Notes under the pieces: model-generated
Database searches by the model: none
What the model was told of the DNA's origin: nothing
The model's input: the letters and a program-made list of their open reading frames with translations, nothing else
Shown here: piece after piece, positions 39,169 through 48,250 of the stretch
Numbering within the stretch: the first letter of the stretch is position 1
How the letters are laid out: every line of letters begins with the position of its first letter
From: an uncultured Acidobacteriota bacterium
Lineage (GTDB): Bacteria > Acidobacteriota > Vicinamibacteria > Vicinamibacterales > UBA8438
Direction: 5' to 3'
NCBI GenBank assembly: GCA_913043225.1
Contig: CAJWLU010000001.1
Location: 128,001-192,000, forward strand
DNA: 64,000 nucleotides
Position numbers and translations under genes: made by a program

Positions 39169-40191
39169 ATGACGATCGACAGACGGGAATCATTGCGACG
39201 GTTCGGGCAGTTCGTGACGGGCGCGTCCGGACAGGAACCGACCGGGGGCGGCGCCCCGCCCAACGATCGACTGGCGCCGGTGCTCGAACTGGTGAACGTC
39301 CCAGAGTTCGAAGCCATGGCGCGGCTCGTGCTCTCGGGGAAGCAGTACGGCCGGGTGAGCGGCGGCCAGCGACGGTCGTTCGACAAGATGACCTTCCGCC
39401 AGCGGCTGATGGTCTATGCGTCGGACCTCGATCTGACGACGCCGCTTTTCGGGCATGACATGTTCGCGCCGATCATCGTCGGACCGGTGAGCGGTCAGCG
39501 CGCGCTCCACCCCGAGGGTGAGGTGGCCACCGCGCGCGGGGCGTCAGACGGGAAGGCCGTGATGGTCGCCACCGGCGACTCGCCGGTCGACGAAGTGGTG
39601 GCGGCCAGCCAGCAGCCGGTCTGGTATCAGGTGTATGCCGACGCGTCAGGCGCGAGCGATGACGCGAGTCGGGCGGTCGACGCCGGGTGCCAGGCGGTGT
39701 GCGTGACCCTGGCGGTGTCGGAAGGGGGAGCCCCGACGGCCATCGACTGGGACACGCTCTCGAGCCTCAGCGCGGCCATCGACGTTCCGGTGCTGGCCAA
39801 GGGGATCATGAGCGTCGACCAGGCCCGCGCCGCACTCGACGCGGGTGTCGACGGCCTGGTGGTATCGAACCACGGCGGCGTCGTGGGCGGAGGCCAGGCG
39901 CTCCCGATCGACGTGTTGGCAGAGGTCTCGGACGCGGTGGCCGGAGCAGTTCCGGTGCTGGTCGACGGAAGCTTCCGCCGAGGCACGGACATCTTGAAGG
40001 GGCTCGCACTTGGCGCCAGCGCCGTGATGGTGGCCCGGCCGCCGATGTGGGGGCTCGCCGCCTACGGCGCCGAAGGGGTGCAGACAGTGCTCGAGCTGTT
40101 CCAGACCGAGCTGGCGAGGAACATGGCGTCGTCCGGACGACCGAAGATTGCCATGATCGACCGTGAGCTGGTGAGGCTCGACCAGTGGTGA
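39169..40191 (+). CDS. FMN-dependent alpha-hydroxy-acid oxidase homologue (copy B, divergent active site)
   Basis: DRRESL; PIIVGPV, WYQ, AKGI, VSNHGGVV (lacks the Arg), DGSFRRGTD. Confidence 0.85.
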   Translation: MTIDRRESLRRFGQFVTGASGQEPTGGGAPPNDRLAPVLELVNVPEFEAMARLVLSGKQYGRVSGGQRRSFDKMTFRQRLMVYASDLDLTTPLFGHDMFAPIIVGPVSGQRALHPEGEVATARGASDGKAVMVATGDSPVDEVVAASQQPVWYQVYADASGASDDASRAVDAGCQAVCVTLAVSEGGAPTAIDWDTLSSLSAAIDVPVLAKGIMSVDQARAALDAGVDGLVVSNHGGVVGGGQALPIDVLAEVSDAVAGAVPVLVDGSFRRGTDILKGLALGASAVMVARPPMWGLAAYGAEGVQTVLELFQTELARNMASSGRPKIAMIDRELVRLDQW

Positions 40192-40193
40192 AC

Positions 40194-42146
40194 ATGACCG
40201 CGCTCGTGACCCGAGGAACAATCGCCGCGGTCGCCTCAACCCTTTGCGTTGCTCCGGCGGCCGGGCAGATGGTCGAGTGGCGTCAGGTCGGCGCCGACCA
40301 GGGCGCATCGAAGTACTCGAGCGTCGGCGACATCGATCGATCCAACGTCAGCGAGCTCGAGATTGCCTGGGCCTGGGAACCCAACGAGCTTCCGAATCGC
40401 GAATTCAACACCCGCCCCGGCAGTTTCGAAGCGACGCCGCTGATGATCGACGGCGTGCTCTATCTGTCGACGATGTATACGCGCGTGGTCGCCCTCGATG
40501 CCGCCACCGGCGAGCAGCTCTGGGCGTTCGACCCCGAGGCGTATCGCACCGGGCCGCGGGGCGCCGGCCCCGGGGGCTACAAGCACCGTGGCGTCGCCGT
40601 CTGGGGCGAGGGCGACGACATGCGGGTGTTCATCAACAGCCGCGACAAGCTCTTCTCCCTTCGTGCTAGCGATGGCAGCCAGATCCGCTCGTTCGGCGAC
40701 GACGGGGCGGCGCTGCTGACCGAGAACTTCCCGAATCCGGTCACCAACGACGAATTCGACCAGACCTCGCCGCCGGTGGTCTTCGACGACCTGGTGATCG
40801 TGGGCAGCCGGGTGCCCGACCGGGTGCAGCGACGATTCGATACGCCTGGCTCGGTCCAAGCGTTCGATGTCCACACGGGTGAGCGGCGTTGGGTGTTCTA
40901 CACCGTCCCCCAATCGAACGACGCGTTCGGCGTCGATACCTGGGAGGACGGGTCGTGGCGCTTCACCGGTCACGCCAATGTGTGGGGTCTGATGTCGCTC
41001 GACGAAGAGCGCGGCCTCCTGTATGTGCCGACGAGCACCCCGAGCAGCGACTTTTGGGGTGGCCGTCGCCTGGGCGCCAATCTGTTCGCCGAATCGCTAG
41101 TGGTGCTCGACGCACGCACCGGCGAGCGAGAGTGGCACTTCCAGACGGTGCATCACGGCCTGTGGGACTACGACCTGACCTCGGCCCCGAACCTGGTCAC
41201 CCTCGACATCGACGGCAGAACCATCGAAGCGGTGGCAGAGGTCTCGAAACAGGGATTCACCTACGTCTTCGACCGCGTGACCGGTGAGCCGGTCTGGCCG
41301 ATCGAAGAGCGGCCCGTCGACGTCGAAACGGATGTGCCGGACGAAGTACCGTATCCGACCCAGCCGTTTCCAACCAAGCCGCCGCCCTTTGCCACCCAGG
41401 GCGTCTCACTTGAGGACGCGAACGACCTGACGCCGGAGATTCACCAGATTGCGGTCGAGGAGATGCAGACGTTCCGGCTGGGCCCGCTCTTCACCCCGCC
41501 GAGTCTTCGGGGCACCTTGCAACGGCCGCGGGTCGATGGCGGGGCCAACTGGGGCGGCGCCGCGCTCGACCCGGCCACGAACTTCCTCTATGTCCGCACC
41601 TCGGAAGGCGTGTCTCCGAATCAGGTATGCGCCATCGACCCGGGCGTCCCGGACGTCGACGTACCCTACACGAACAACTGTCCGCGGGGCGGATCGGCCG
41701 GCATTTTCCAGTATGTTGACGGCTACGTGCCGACCGAACGAAGCCGGCTTGGACCGATTCCGCTGATCAAGCCGCCCTACGCCAAGTTGGTTGCGATTGA
41801 CCTCAACGCGGGCGAGATCGCCTGGAGTGTCCCGTTTGGTGAAGGCAGCCGCATTCTGCGCAACCACCCGCTTCTCCGCGGAGTCGATCTGCCGGAGCGC
41901 CTCGGCACTCCTGGGGCGAACGGCCCGATGGTCACCGCCGGCGGTCTGGTCTTCCTGGGAGGCGGCGACCCGTATCTCTACGCGTTCGACGCGGCCACCG
42001 GAGATGAGGTGCACCGCGTACCGACCGAGTTCCGCACCAGCGGAAACCCGATGAGCTATCGCACGGCCGACGGCCGACAGCTGATCGTCATCGCCACCGG
42101 CGCCGGACCCGACGCCAGGCTGGTCGCCTTCGGGCTACCGGAGTAG
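40194..42146 (+). CDS. PQQ-dependent dehydrogenase, glucose/quinate family (copy 2)
   Basis: FEATPL, TSPP, PGSVQAFD, WHFQTVHHGLWDYD, GGANWGG, PPYAKLVAIDL. Confidence 0.9.
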   Translation: MTALVTRGTIAAVASTLCVAPAAGQMVEWRQVGADQGASKYSSVGDIDRSNVSELEIAWAWEPNELPNREFNTRPGSFEATPLMIDGVLYLSTMYTRVVALDAATGEQLWAFDPEAYRTGPRGAGPGGYKHRGVAVWGEGDDMRVFINSRDKLFSLRASDGSQIRSFGDDGAALLTENFPNPVTNDEFDQTSPPVVFDDLVIVGSRVPDRVQRRFDTPGSVQAFDVHTGERRWVFYTVPQSNDAFGVDTWEDGSWRFTGHANVWGLMSLDEERGLLYVPTSTPSSDFWGGRRLGANLFAESLVVLDARTGEREWHFQTVHHGLWDYDLTSAPNLVTLDIDGRTIEAVAEVSKQGFTYVFDRVTGEPVWPIEERPVDVETDVPDEVPYPTQPFPTKPPPFATQGVSLEDANDLTPEIHQIAVEEMQTFRLGPLFTPPSLRGTLQRPRVDGGANWGGAALDPATNFLYVRTSEGVSPNQVCAIDPGVPDVDVPYTNNCPRGGSAGIFQYVDGYVPTERSRLGPIPLIKPPYAKLVAIDLNAGEIAWSVPFGEGSRILRNHPLLRGVDLPERLGTPGANGPMVTAGGLVFLGGGDPYLYAFDAATGDEVHRVPTEFRTSGNPMSYRTADGRQLIVIATGAGPDARLVAFGLPE

Positions 42147-42149
42147 TCG

Positions 42150-42485
42150 ATGATCCTCAGATTCCTGATTGGCGCTGTCGTCGTGTTCCCCCTAGCTATC
42201 GCAACGCCGGCGTCTGCTCAGGAAGAGCATGCTGGCGCCGAACCGTATCGGCTGGTGTGTCAGACCTGTCACGGCGAGGAGGCGAAGGGCGACGTGGCGC
42301 CGCCGCTAGTCGGAGGCGCGCTGGATGCCGACTACGTGCTGGCCATCGTCCGGGAAGGCTTCGGCCAAATGCCGCCCATCTCGACTCGAGAGCTCACCGA
42401 CGACCAGGTGCGCGACATCGTCGGCTACATCGACTGGCTGAACGAGCGCGCAGCCGACCCGGCCGCCACCTCACGGCATCGATAG
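42150..42485 (+). CDS. Class I monoheme cytochrome c
   Basis: Signal peptide, CQTCHG, GQMP (axial Met), LTDDQVRDIVGYI. Confidence 0.9.
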   Translation: MILRFLIGAVVVFPLAIATPASAQEEHAGAEPYRLVCQTCHGEEAKGDVAPPLVGGALDADYVLAIVREGFGQMPPISTRELTDDQVRDIVGYIDWLNERAADPAATSRHR

Positions 42486-42493
42486 CCCGCCTA

Positions 42494-43504
42494 CTACCCG
42501 CCCTCGGCCTCGCGCAGCTCGACGTGGCGGGCACCGCCCAGGATCCCGGTCACCGCCCGGTTGCCCTCGTGGCAGGCGTATTCGTAGATCGTGTAGTCGT
42601 TGTCGAGTCGGAGCGGCAGCTCCAGGGTCCAGGGCTGCGTGTAGACGTTCGGATCGGTGACTCGCACCTGCCAGTCGAGCACGCCCGGCCCCACCCGCGT
42701 GAACCGCTCCACCAGCCGTAGCTCGCGACTCACCGGCACGCCGTGCATCCGCCCGGCATTCTGATTCGGCGTGATCCAGCCCTTCTCGGTAAAGTTGGTC
42801 GTTTCGACCACCAGGGTCTCCCCCTCCCAGCGACCACGCGTGTCGCCCATCCACTGCCGGATCTTGCCGTCGATGTGCGGACGGTCGTCGACTGGGATGA
42901 TCCGAGGTTCACGCACCATCTCGTAGAGGATGATGACGTAGCCTGGCACCTGGAGAATCTGGTTCCCCGTGTTGTAGCCGTTGGGCACCATCGACCCCGG
43001 CATGCCGCGCGTGATGCAGCGGCTGTACGGGCTCATGTTCAGGTGATCGTCAGCCCGATGCTCGACCAGCCACCGGGCTCGCTCTTCCGCCTCGGGCGTC
43101 GTTGGCACCCGACCGGTCGACGGATCGGCGATCATCGACGTACGACCGGTATACGCCACTGAGTCCCGGGTGTCACTCCAGAACCGGTTGTAGCCGCCGC
43201 CGAACCGGCCCGCCTGCGTGCGTCGACCTCCCGGGGCGCCGTCACGAGCGAGCGACTCATCGTTGTTACGTCTCACCTCCGCGATCTCTTCGGCGGTGTA
43301 GAACTCCTTGTCGCCCAAGCGCCGGGGACGCTCGAGAGGCGTCAAGGTGTCGTTGCGCCAAATGCCGGAAATGTCCGGTTGACCGTCAGACGTACGCGGA
43401 GCGCGGTAGCCGTCCACCGGGCCCGCGCTCTGGCCGGCCCACACCGGTGCGGCCATCCCGAGCATCACTGCTATCACCACGAACCATCGCCGAGCACTCT
43501 GCAT
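42494..43504 (-). CDS. Exported EYACHEGN-family protein (copy 2)
   Basis: GGAGG RBS; PDISGIW, SRCITRG, GRWEGETLVV, ERFTR, YEYACHEGN. Confidence 0.85.
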   Translation of the reverse strand: MQSARRWFVVIAVMLGMAAPVWAGQSAGPVDGYRAPRTSDGQPDISGIWRNDTLTPLERPRRLGDKEFYTAEEIAEVRRNNDESLARDGAPGGRRTQAGRFGGGYNRFWSDTRDSVAYTGRTSMIADPSTGRVPTTPEAEERARWLVEHRADDHLNMSPYSRCITRGMPGSMVPNGYNTGNQILQVPGYVIILYEMVREPRIIPVDDRPHIDGKIRQWMGDTRGRWEGETLVVETTNFTEKGWITPNQNAGRMHGVPVSRELRLVERFTRVGPGVLDWQVRVTDPNVYTQPWTLELPLRLDNDYTIYEYACHEGNRAVTGILGGARHVELREAEGG

Positions 43505-43734
43505 CCCTCCATTGTACCGGTGGCACCCGGGCACCGCAGCCTCCTCCGCGACCGTGCTATGCTGCGCAGGCTACCAAACGGGAGCTCTCGATGATGCACC
43601 GTGAGAGCGACAGCATGACCAAACGCGCGAGCGTGGCGGCCGGCAAGGTCATCCTGCTGGACAGCGGTCGGGCTACGGTTCTGGACTGATCCCACGCCGT
43701 TGACGGCCGAAATTCAAGGGGAGATTGGCAGGTC

Positions 43735-43759
43735 GACAATGAGATTGCGTCTCATTATC
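43735..43759. promoter_or_regulatory. Fur-like box upstream of bfd
   Basis: GACAAT-GAGATT-G-CGTCTC-ATTATC (hexamer F-F-x-R-R arrangement); overlaps a putative TCGACA-17-TATCAA promoter. Confidence 0.75.
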
Positions 43760-43782
43760 AAAACAATTATGATCTGGATGCG

Positions 43783-43977
43783 GTGACGAGACAGCCACCA
43801 CCCGAGCGGACCGATGTCGTCTGCGAATGCCTGCAGGTGACCGAGTGCCAGTTGCTGGCCACGCTCACCCAGGGGGAAGTGCAGACGCTCCGCGACCTGC
43901 GCCAAGCCACTGGGGCCGGCGACGGCTGCACCGCCTGCCACCACCTGCTCAAGCAGTACGTCCAGCGCCGCGCCTGA
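43783..43977 (+). CDS. bfd: Bacterioferritin-associated ferredoxin ([2Fe-2S], BFD-like)
   Basis: VCECLQVT...TGAGDGCTAC (CxC...CxxC); adjacent to bfr; Fur-like box upstream. Confidence 0.85.
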   Translation: MTRQPPPERTDVVCECLQVTECQLLATLTQGEVQTLRDLRQATGAGDGCTACHHLLKQYVQRRA

Positions 43978-44022
43978 AGGCGACGCCCTCGCACCCCAAA
44001 CTCCCTCTGACTCTGCTGCGGC

Positions 44023-44499
44023 CTAATCGTGGCCGCCCAGCTGCTCTGTCAGGTAGTTCTCGAGTCCAACACTCTCGATTCGGAAAAGTTGGGTCTCGAG
44101 CCAGTCGACGTGCTCCTCAGACTCGGACAGGATCGGTTCGAGCACCTCACGCGTCCCGTTGTCCTTGAGGCTGGTGCACAGCTCGATCGCGGCGTTGTAG
44201 GTTTCGACTCCTCGCTGCTCCAGTGCGAGATCTACCTCAAACTGCTCCTTCACATTGGTGCCGACCCGGATAACGTCGTAGCGCGCGATCTCCGGCGTGC
44301 CTTCGAGGAAGAGGATGCGATCGATCAACTTTTCGGCATGCTTCATCTCGCCCATCGACTCATGCACGTGTTTCTCACCCAGGATTTTGAAGCCCCAGTT
44401 GTGACACATCTTGCCCTGGCAGAAGTACTGGTTGATCGCGGTCAGCTCAATGGTAAGCGCGCCGTTCAGCGCGTCAATAACTTCTGGTTTGCCCTGCAT
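44023..44499 (-). CDS. bfr: Bacterioferritin
   Basis: MQGKPEVI, ELTAINQY, EMKHA (heme Met), RILFLEG, SEEHVDWLETQ; ferroxidase residues intact. Confidence 0.95.
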   Translation of the reverse strand: MQGKPEVIDALNGALTIELTAINQYFCQGKMCHNWGFKILGEKHVHESMGEMKHAEKLIDRILFLEGTPEIARYDVIRVGTNVKEQFEVDLALEQRGVETYNAAIELCTSLKDNGTREVLEPILSESEEHVDWLETQLFRIESVGLENYLTEQLGGHD

Positions 44500-44537
44500 T
44501 CTCGCTCCCCCTCTAGCACCCCTATTGTAGCGCCGCC

Positions 44538-46565
44538 CTAGCGCAGCGTGGCGAAGATCGAGCTGTAGTCGTCGGTCCAGATCCGCTCGACCGGCGGACC
44601 GGACCAGGCTGCGGCCGCCGGCGCTAGGGCCTCGGCCAAACGGTGGGCAGAGGTCAGCACCACCCACTCGGCGGCGAACGCCCCTAACCCGTCGTCGGTG
44701 CTGACCAGCGGAAAGGCATCGTACTCCAGCGTCTGTGCCAAACCTCGCAACACTGGTTGCAGATCGAGGTGACGGTTCGAGATGTGAACGGCGATGGTCC
44801 CGCCCAACGCCAGATGGCTGGCGTAGAGCTCGAAGGCTTCCTTCGTCAGCAGATGCACGGGAATGGCGTCGCCCGAGAAGGCGTCGACGACGAGGAGATC
44901 GAAGCGTCCGGGCCGACCTGCGCTCAGCTCCGCATCAAGCAGGGCGCGAGCGTCGCCCACCACGGTCTCCACCGACGCTGCCGACTCGGCCAGATAGAAG
45001 AAGTGGTTTTCGGCGATGCGGACCACATCCGGGTCCACCTCGTAGAAACGAAAGCTGTCATTCTCGCGGCCATGCGCCGCGATAGTGCCGGCGCCAAGGC
45101 CGATGCCACCTATGCGGAGCCCTCTCGCATCGGCACTCATGGAGTGAAGGGCCGCGATGGTGAGCCCCACGCCGCTGTCAATCCCGTAGTAGGTGGTAGG
45201 TAGGGCGCGCAGTTCTTCCTCCACATACTGGCTGCCGTGCACCGTGCTCCCGTGGTAGAACGACCGCGCAACGACAGACTCCCTCATGCCCACCTCACGG
45301 TCGTAGACCCGAAGGATGCCGTAGAAGTTGCGGGCCGACGTGACCAACTCGCCCCGGCGGTCCGATGTCCCCACCGACAACCAGATCACGGCCACACCCA
45401 GCGCGGCTACAGTGACAATCGGCCGCCAGGTGGCCCGCCATCCTCGACCCTCTTCGTGACCTATAGTGACCGCCAGCAGCACTCTAGTGGCGACCAGCGC
45501 CAGCGGAAATTCCCAGGTATCAATGAACACCCGTGGCGCCACCTGCGACGCCAGAAAGCCTCCCAGCGCACCACCAGCCGCGACCATAAGGTAGAAGTCG
45601 GTCAACCGTGTCGGATGTGGCGCAAGCCTGGCCAGCTCGCCATGACACACCATGCAGCTCGTTACCAGCGCCAGCGCATAGACGCCGATCTGGACAGGCA
45701 GTCCCAATGGGGCATCAGCGCCCGCCCGCCAGTACAGCAGCACGACGGCGGCGAGACCCAGCACGTAAGCAGTGGTCCAGACAGACCGGCGATACCACCG
45801 GGAGTGGTCGAACGAGACAACAAAGGTCGTGAGATAGAGCGCGAGCGGCAACACCCAGAGAAACGGGACCGCGGCCACGTCCCGGGTCAGCTGACTGGTG
45901 GTAGACAGCAGAACCAATGACCCGCAGGCGGCCAGCGAGAGCCACAACCCGCGTAGCCCGATCGCCACAAACGGACCACTCGGCGCCTCGGCCCTCAGCA
46001 AGCGCTGACGCGCCGACCACCCGATGACAGTCACCAGGATGACGTAGCAGACAAACCCGGCCGACCAGAATCGAGCCTGGGCCTCAAGCGACAGAAACGG
46101 CTCGACCAGAAACGGATAACTGACCAGCCCCAGCAGCGACCCGGCGTTAGAAACGGCAAACAGCCGGTAGGGCGATCCAGTCTCAGCTGCGCGCCAGTGC
46201 TGCAGGAGCGGACTTGACGCGGCCAAGATCAAATACGGCACCCCGACCAGTCCGGCTAACTGCAGCGTGATGCTCCACGTCGGTCGAGAAGGATCGACCA
46301 GGCCCACGTCGAGCGCCAGCGGCAGGAACGTCAATGACGCCGCCATCAGGGCGGCATGGACGATCGGCTGCCGAGCACCATCCAGCCTAGTGAGCCGATG
46401 CGCGTACCAATATCCTCCCACCAGCAGCGCCTGGAAGAAGAAGAGACAAGAGGTCCAGACCACGGCGCTGCCACCGTAGTGAGGAAGCAGCAGACGGGCC
46501 ACGAGCGGTTGCACGAGAAAGAGGAGCACCGCGCCGAGAAACACGGCTGCGGGATAGGCCGTCAC
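44538..46565 (-). CDS. Fused membrane domain / spermidine-synthase-like SAM-binding protein
   Basis: GGSAVVWTSCLFFFQ, SNAGSL, CHGEL, RNFYG, HGSQ, GLGAGT, YEVDP, GDAR, DAFSGDAIPVHLLT, WTDDYS; GTG start assumed. Confidence 0.85.
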   Translation of the reverse strand: MTAYPAAVFLGAVLLFLVQPLVARLLLPHYGGSAVVWTSCLFFFQALLVGGYWYAHRLTRLDGARQPIVHAALMAASLTFLPLALDVGLVDPSRPTWSITLQLAGLVGVPYLILAASSPLLQHWRAAETGSPYRLFAVSNAGSLLGLVSYPFLVEPFLSLEAQARFWSAGFVCYVILVTVIGWSARQRLLRAEAPSGPFVAIGLRGLWLSLAACGSLVLLSTTSQLTRDVAAVPFLWVLPLALYLTTFVVSFDHSRWYRRSVWTTAYVLGLAAVVLLYWRAGADAPLGLPVQIGVYALALVTSCMVCHGELARLAPHPTRLTDFYLMVAAGGALGGFLASQVAPRVFIDTWEFPLALVATRVLLAVTIGHEEGRGWRATWRPIVTVAALGVAVIWLSVGTSDRRGELVTSARNFYGILRVYDREVGMRESVVARSFYHGSTVHGSQYVEEELRALPTTYYGIDSGVGLTIAALHSMSADARGLRIGGIGLGAGTIAAHGRENDSFRFYEVDPDVVRIAENHFFYLAESAASVETVVGDARALLDAELSAGRPGRFDLLVVDAFSGDAIPVHLLTKEAFELYASHLALGGTIAVHISNRHLDLQPVLRGLAQTLEYDAFPLVSTDDGLGAFAAEWVVLTSAHRLAEALAPAAAAWSGPPVERIWTDDYSSIFATLR

Positions 46566-46590
46566 CGAGGCGTCATGGTATCGCACCTCC

Positions 46591-46740
46591 CATGCCTTGC
46601 TGATCGAGACCAGTCTGCTCGACCCGACGGTGGCCGCCACCGTCTCGCTACTGCTGGGCACCGTGTGCTTCCTCCCCAGCTGACTCCCGGTCCGGCAGGC
46701 TGGGCGGGTGGAGCCAATCGGCGCCTTGCGCGCGGAGTAG
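46591..46740 (+). pseudogene. Remnant C-terminus of an ADOP/MacB-FtsX-type ABC permease
   Basis: Reads HALLIETSLLDPTVAATVSLLLGTVCFLPS*LPVRQAGRVEPIGALRAE*, resembling the family tail ...DP...ASWLPARRAARVDPxxALRxE; internal TGA at 46681; no 5' part. Confidence 0.7.
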
Positions 46741-46781
46741 ACTAGGACGACTGTCGTTGCACCCGTTACAAGGAGTCGCCG

Positions 46782-47843
46782 TTGTTCCCTACCCCCACCC
46801 GTCGAGAATTCATCACCACCGCATCGATGGCAGCCATGGCCGCCCGAAGCCTTGGCGCCCAGACGAGCCCGGACCGCTCGTTCAGCTTCGAGCAGATCGC
46901 AACCAACGGAATTGCGCTCCGCTGCGCCGTCGAAGGGAACGGACCGCTGGTCATCATGGTCCACGGCTTCCCCGAACTCTGGTACTCGTGGCGTCACCAG
47001 ATCCGCCCGGTGGCCGAGGCCGGCTTCAAGGTCGTGGTGCCTGACGTTCGGGGATACGGCGGCAGCGACAAGCCGGAGGGAGTTTCCGCCTACGACATGA
47101 TTAACCTGACCGGCGACGTCGTCGGTCTAATCGACGCAATGGGAGAAGATCAGGCGATTCTCTTTGGGCACGACTGGGGCGCACCCATCTGCTGGAACAC
47201 GGCCGCGCTTCACCCGGACCGCGTGGCGGCGGTGGCCGGACTGAGCGTGCCGTTCTTCCAGCGAGGCGCCGCCCCCAGCATGGACCAGTGGCGAGCACTC
47301 TATGGCAACGGCTTCTTCTACCAGCTGTACTTCGAACCGGAGGGCGTGGCGGAAGCGGCGCTCGAAGTAGATGTACGTACCGGACTGCGGAAGCTTTACT
47401 ACACCATCTCGGGCGACGGCGCCGACGCCCCGCTCCACAGCCTGTCACATCCCGAACCGGTGGACGACTTCATCGGCATGATGGTCGACTCCGATCCCTT
47501 TCCGGCCTGGATGACCGCGGCCGACCTCGACTACTACACGGCGGCCTTCGAGCAGAGCGGCTTCCGCGGCCCACTCAACCGCTACCGCGCACAAGGACGC
47601 GACTGGGAGATGCTGCCGCAACTATCGACGGCACAGATCACCCAGCCGAGCCTATTCATCGGCGGTTCAGAGGACCCGGTCCGGACGTTCGTCCCCGGCG
47701 TCGACATCTACGCGGGCGCCGGCGCCAACTGCATCGACTTCCGCGGCTCGACCATCATCGAGGGCGAGGGGCACTGGATCCAGCAGGAGGCGCCCGAAGC
47801 GGTGAACGCGGCGCTACTCACGTTCCTCAACAGCCTCGACTAG
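46782..47843 (+). CDS. Epoxide hydrolase-like alpha/beta hydrolase with Tat signal
   Basis: AAGGAG then TTG; TRREFI; HGFPE, GYGGS, GHDWGA (Asp nucleophile), NRYR, GHWIQQE. Confidence 0.88.
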   Translation: MFPTPTRREFITTASMAAMAARSLGAQTSPDRSFSFEQIATNGIALRCAVEGNGPLVIMVHGFPELWYSWRHQIRPVAEAGFKVVVPDVRGYGGSDKPEGVSAYDMINLTGDVVGLIDAMGEDQAILFGHDWGAPICWNTAALHPDRVAAVAGLSVPFFQRGAAPSMDQWRALYGNGFFYQLYFEPEGVAEAALEVDVRTGLRKLYYTISGDGADAPLHSLSHPEPVDDFIGMMVDSDPFPAWMTAADLDYYTAAFEQSGFRGPLNRYRAQGRDWEMLPQLSTAQITQPSLFIGGSEDPVRTFVPGVDIYAGAGANCIDFRGSTIIEGEGHWIQQEAPEAVNAALLTFLNSLD

Positions 47844-47960
47844 TGAAGCGACCTCATGCCCGCTTCGATATTCCGCTCGGCGGCATTCGCGTGCATCCTT
47901 TCCGCATTCCCAGCCTGAGCGTAAACCAGCCAGCCCGGCCTGTGCTACGCTGGTCTGGTT

Positions 47961-48206
47961 ATGCCGATCTTCGAATACGAGTGTCGCAAGTGCCACAACC
48001 AGTTCGAGCAGCTCGTGTTGAAAGGCGACTCCCCCGCCTGCCCCGCCTGCAAGGCCACCGATCTCGACCGACTGTTGTCGATCACTTCCGTCAGCACCGA
48101 AGGCACGAAGGAGCGAAACCTCGGCAAGGCTCGGCACGCGGCCAAGAAGGTCCAGCGAGACAAGGCACACGCCGAACACGAGGCGTATCACCACCATCAT
48201 CACTAG
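47961..48206 (+). CDS. FmdB-family zinc-ribbon protein with His-rich tail
   Basis: MPIFEYECRKC...CPAC; C-terminal HAEHEAYHHHHH. Confidence 0.85.
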   Translation: MPIFEYECRKCHNQFEQLVLKGDSPACPACKATDLDRLLSITSVSTEGTKERNLGKARHAAKKVQRDKAHAEHEAYHHHHH

Positions 48207-48250
48207 TCGGCTGCACCCATGACCGACCGGGTTGAGGTTTGGGTGAGGCG

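Noticed and set aside
43560..43689. Short + frame ending SVAAGKVILLDSGRATVLD*, reminiscent of a beta-carbonic anhydrase C-terminus
   Set aside because: The similarity is too short and gapped to support without a search.
46681..46683. In-frame TGA in the ADOP remnant as a second Sec codon
   Set aside because: It aligns with a Trp/Tyr position, not a Cys; the fragment has no start and no convincing SECIS.
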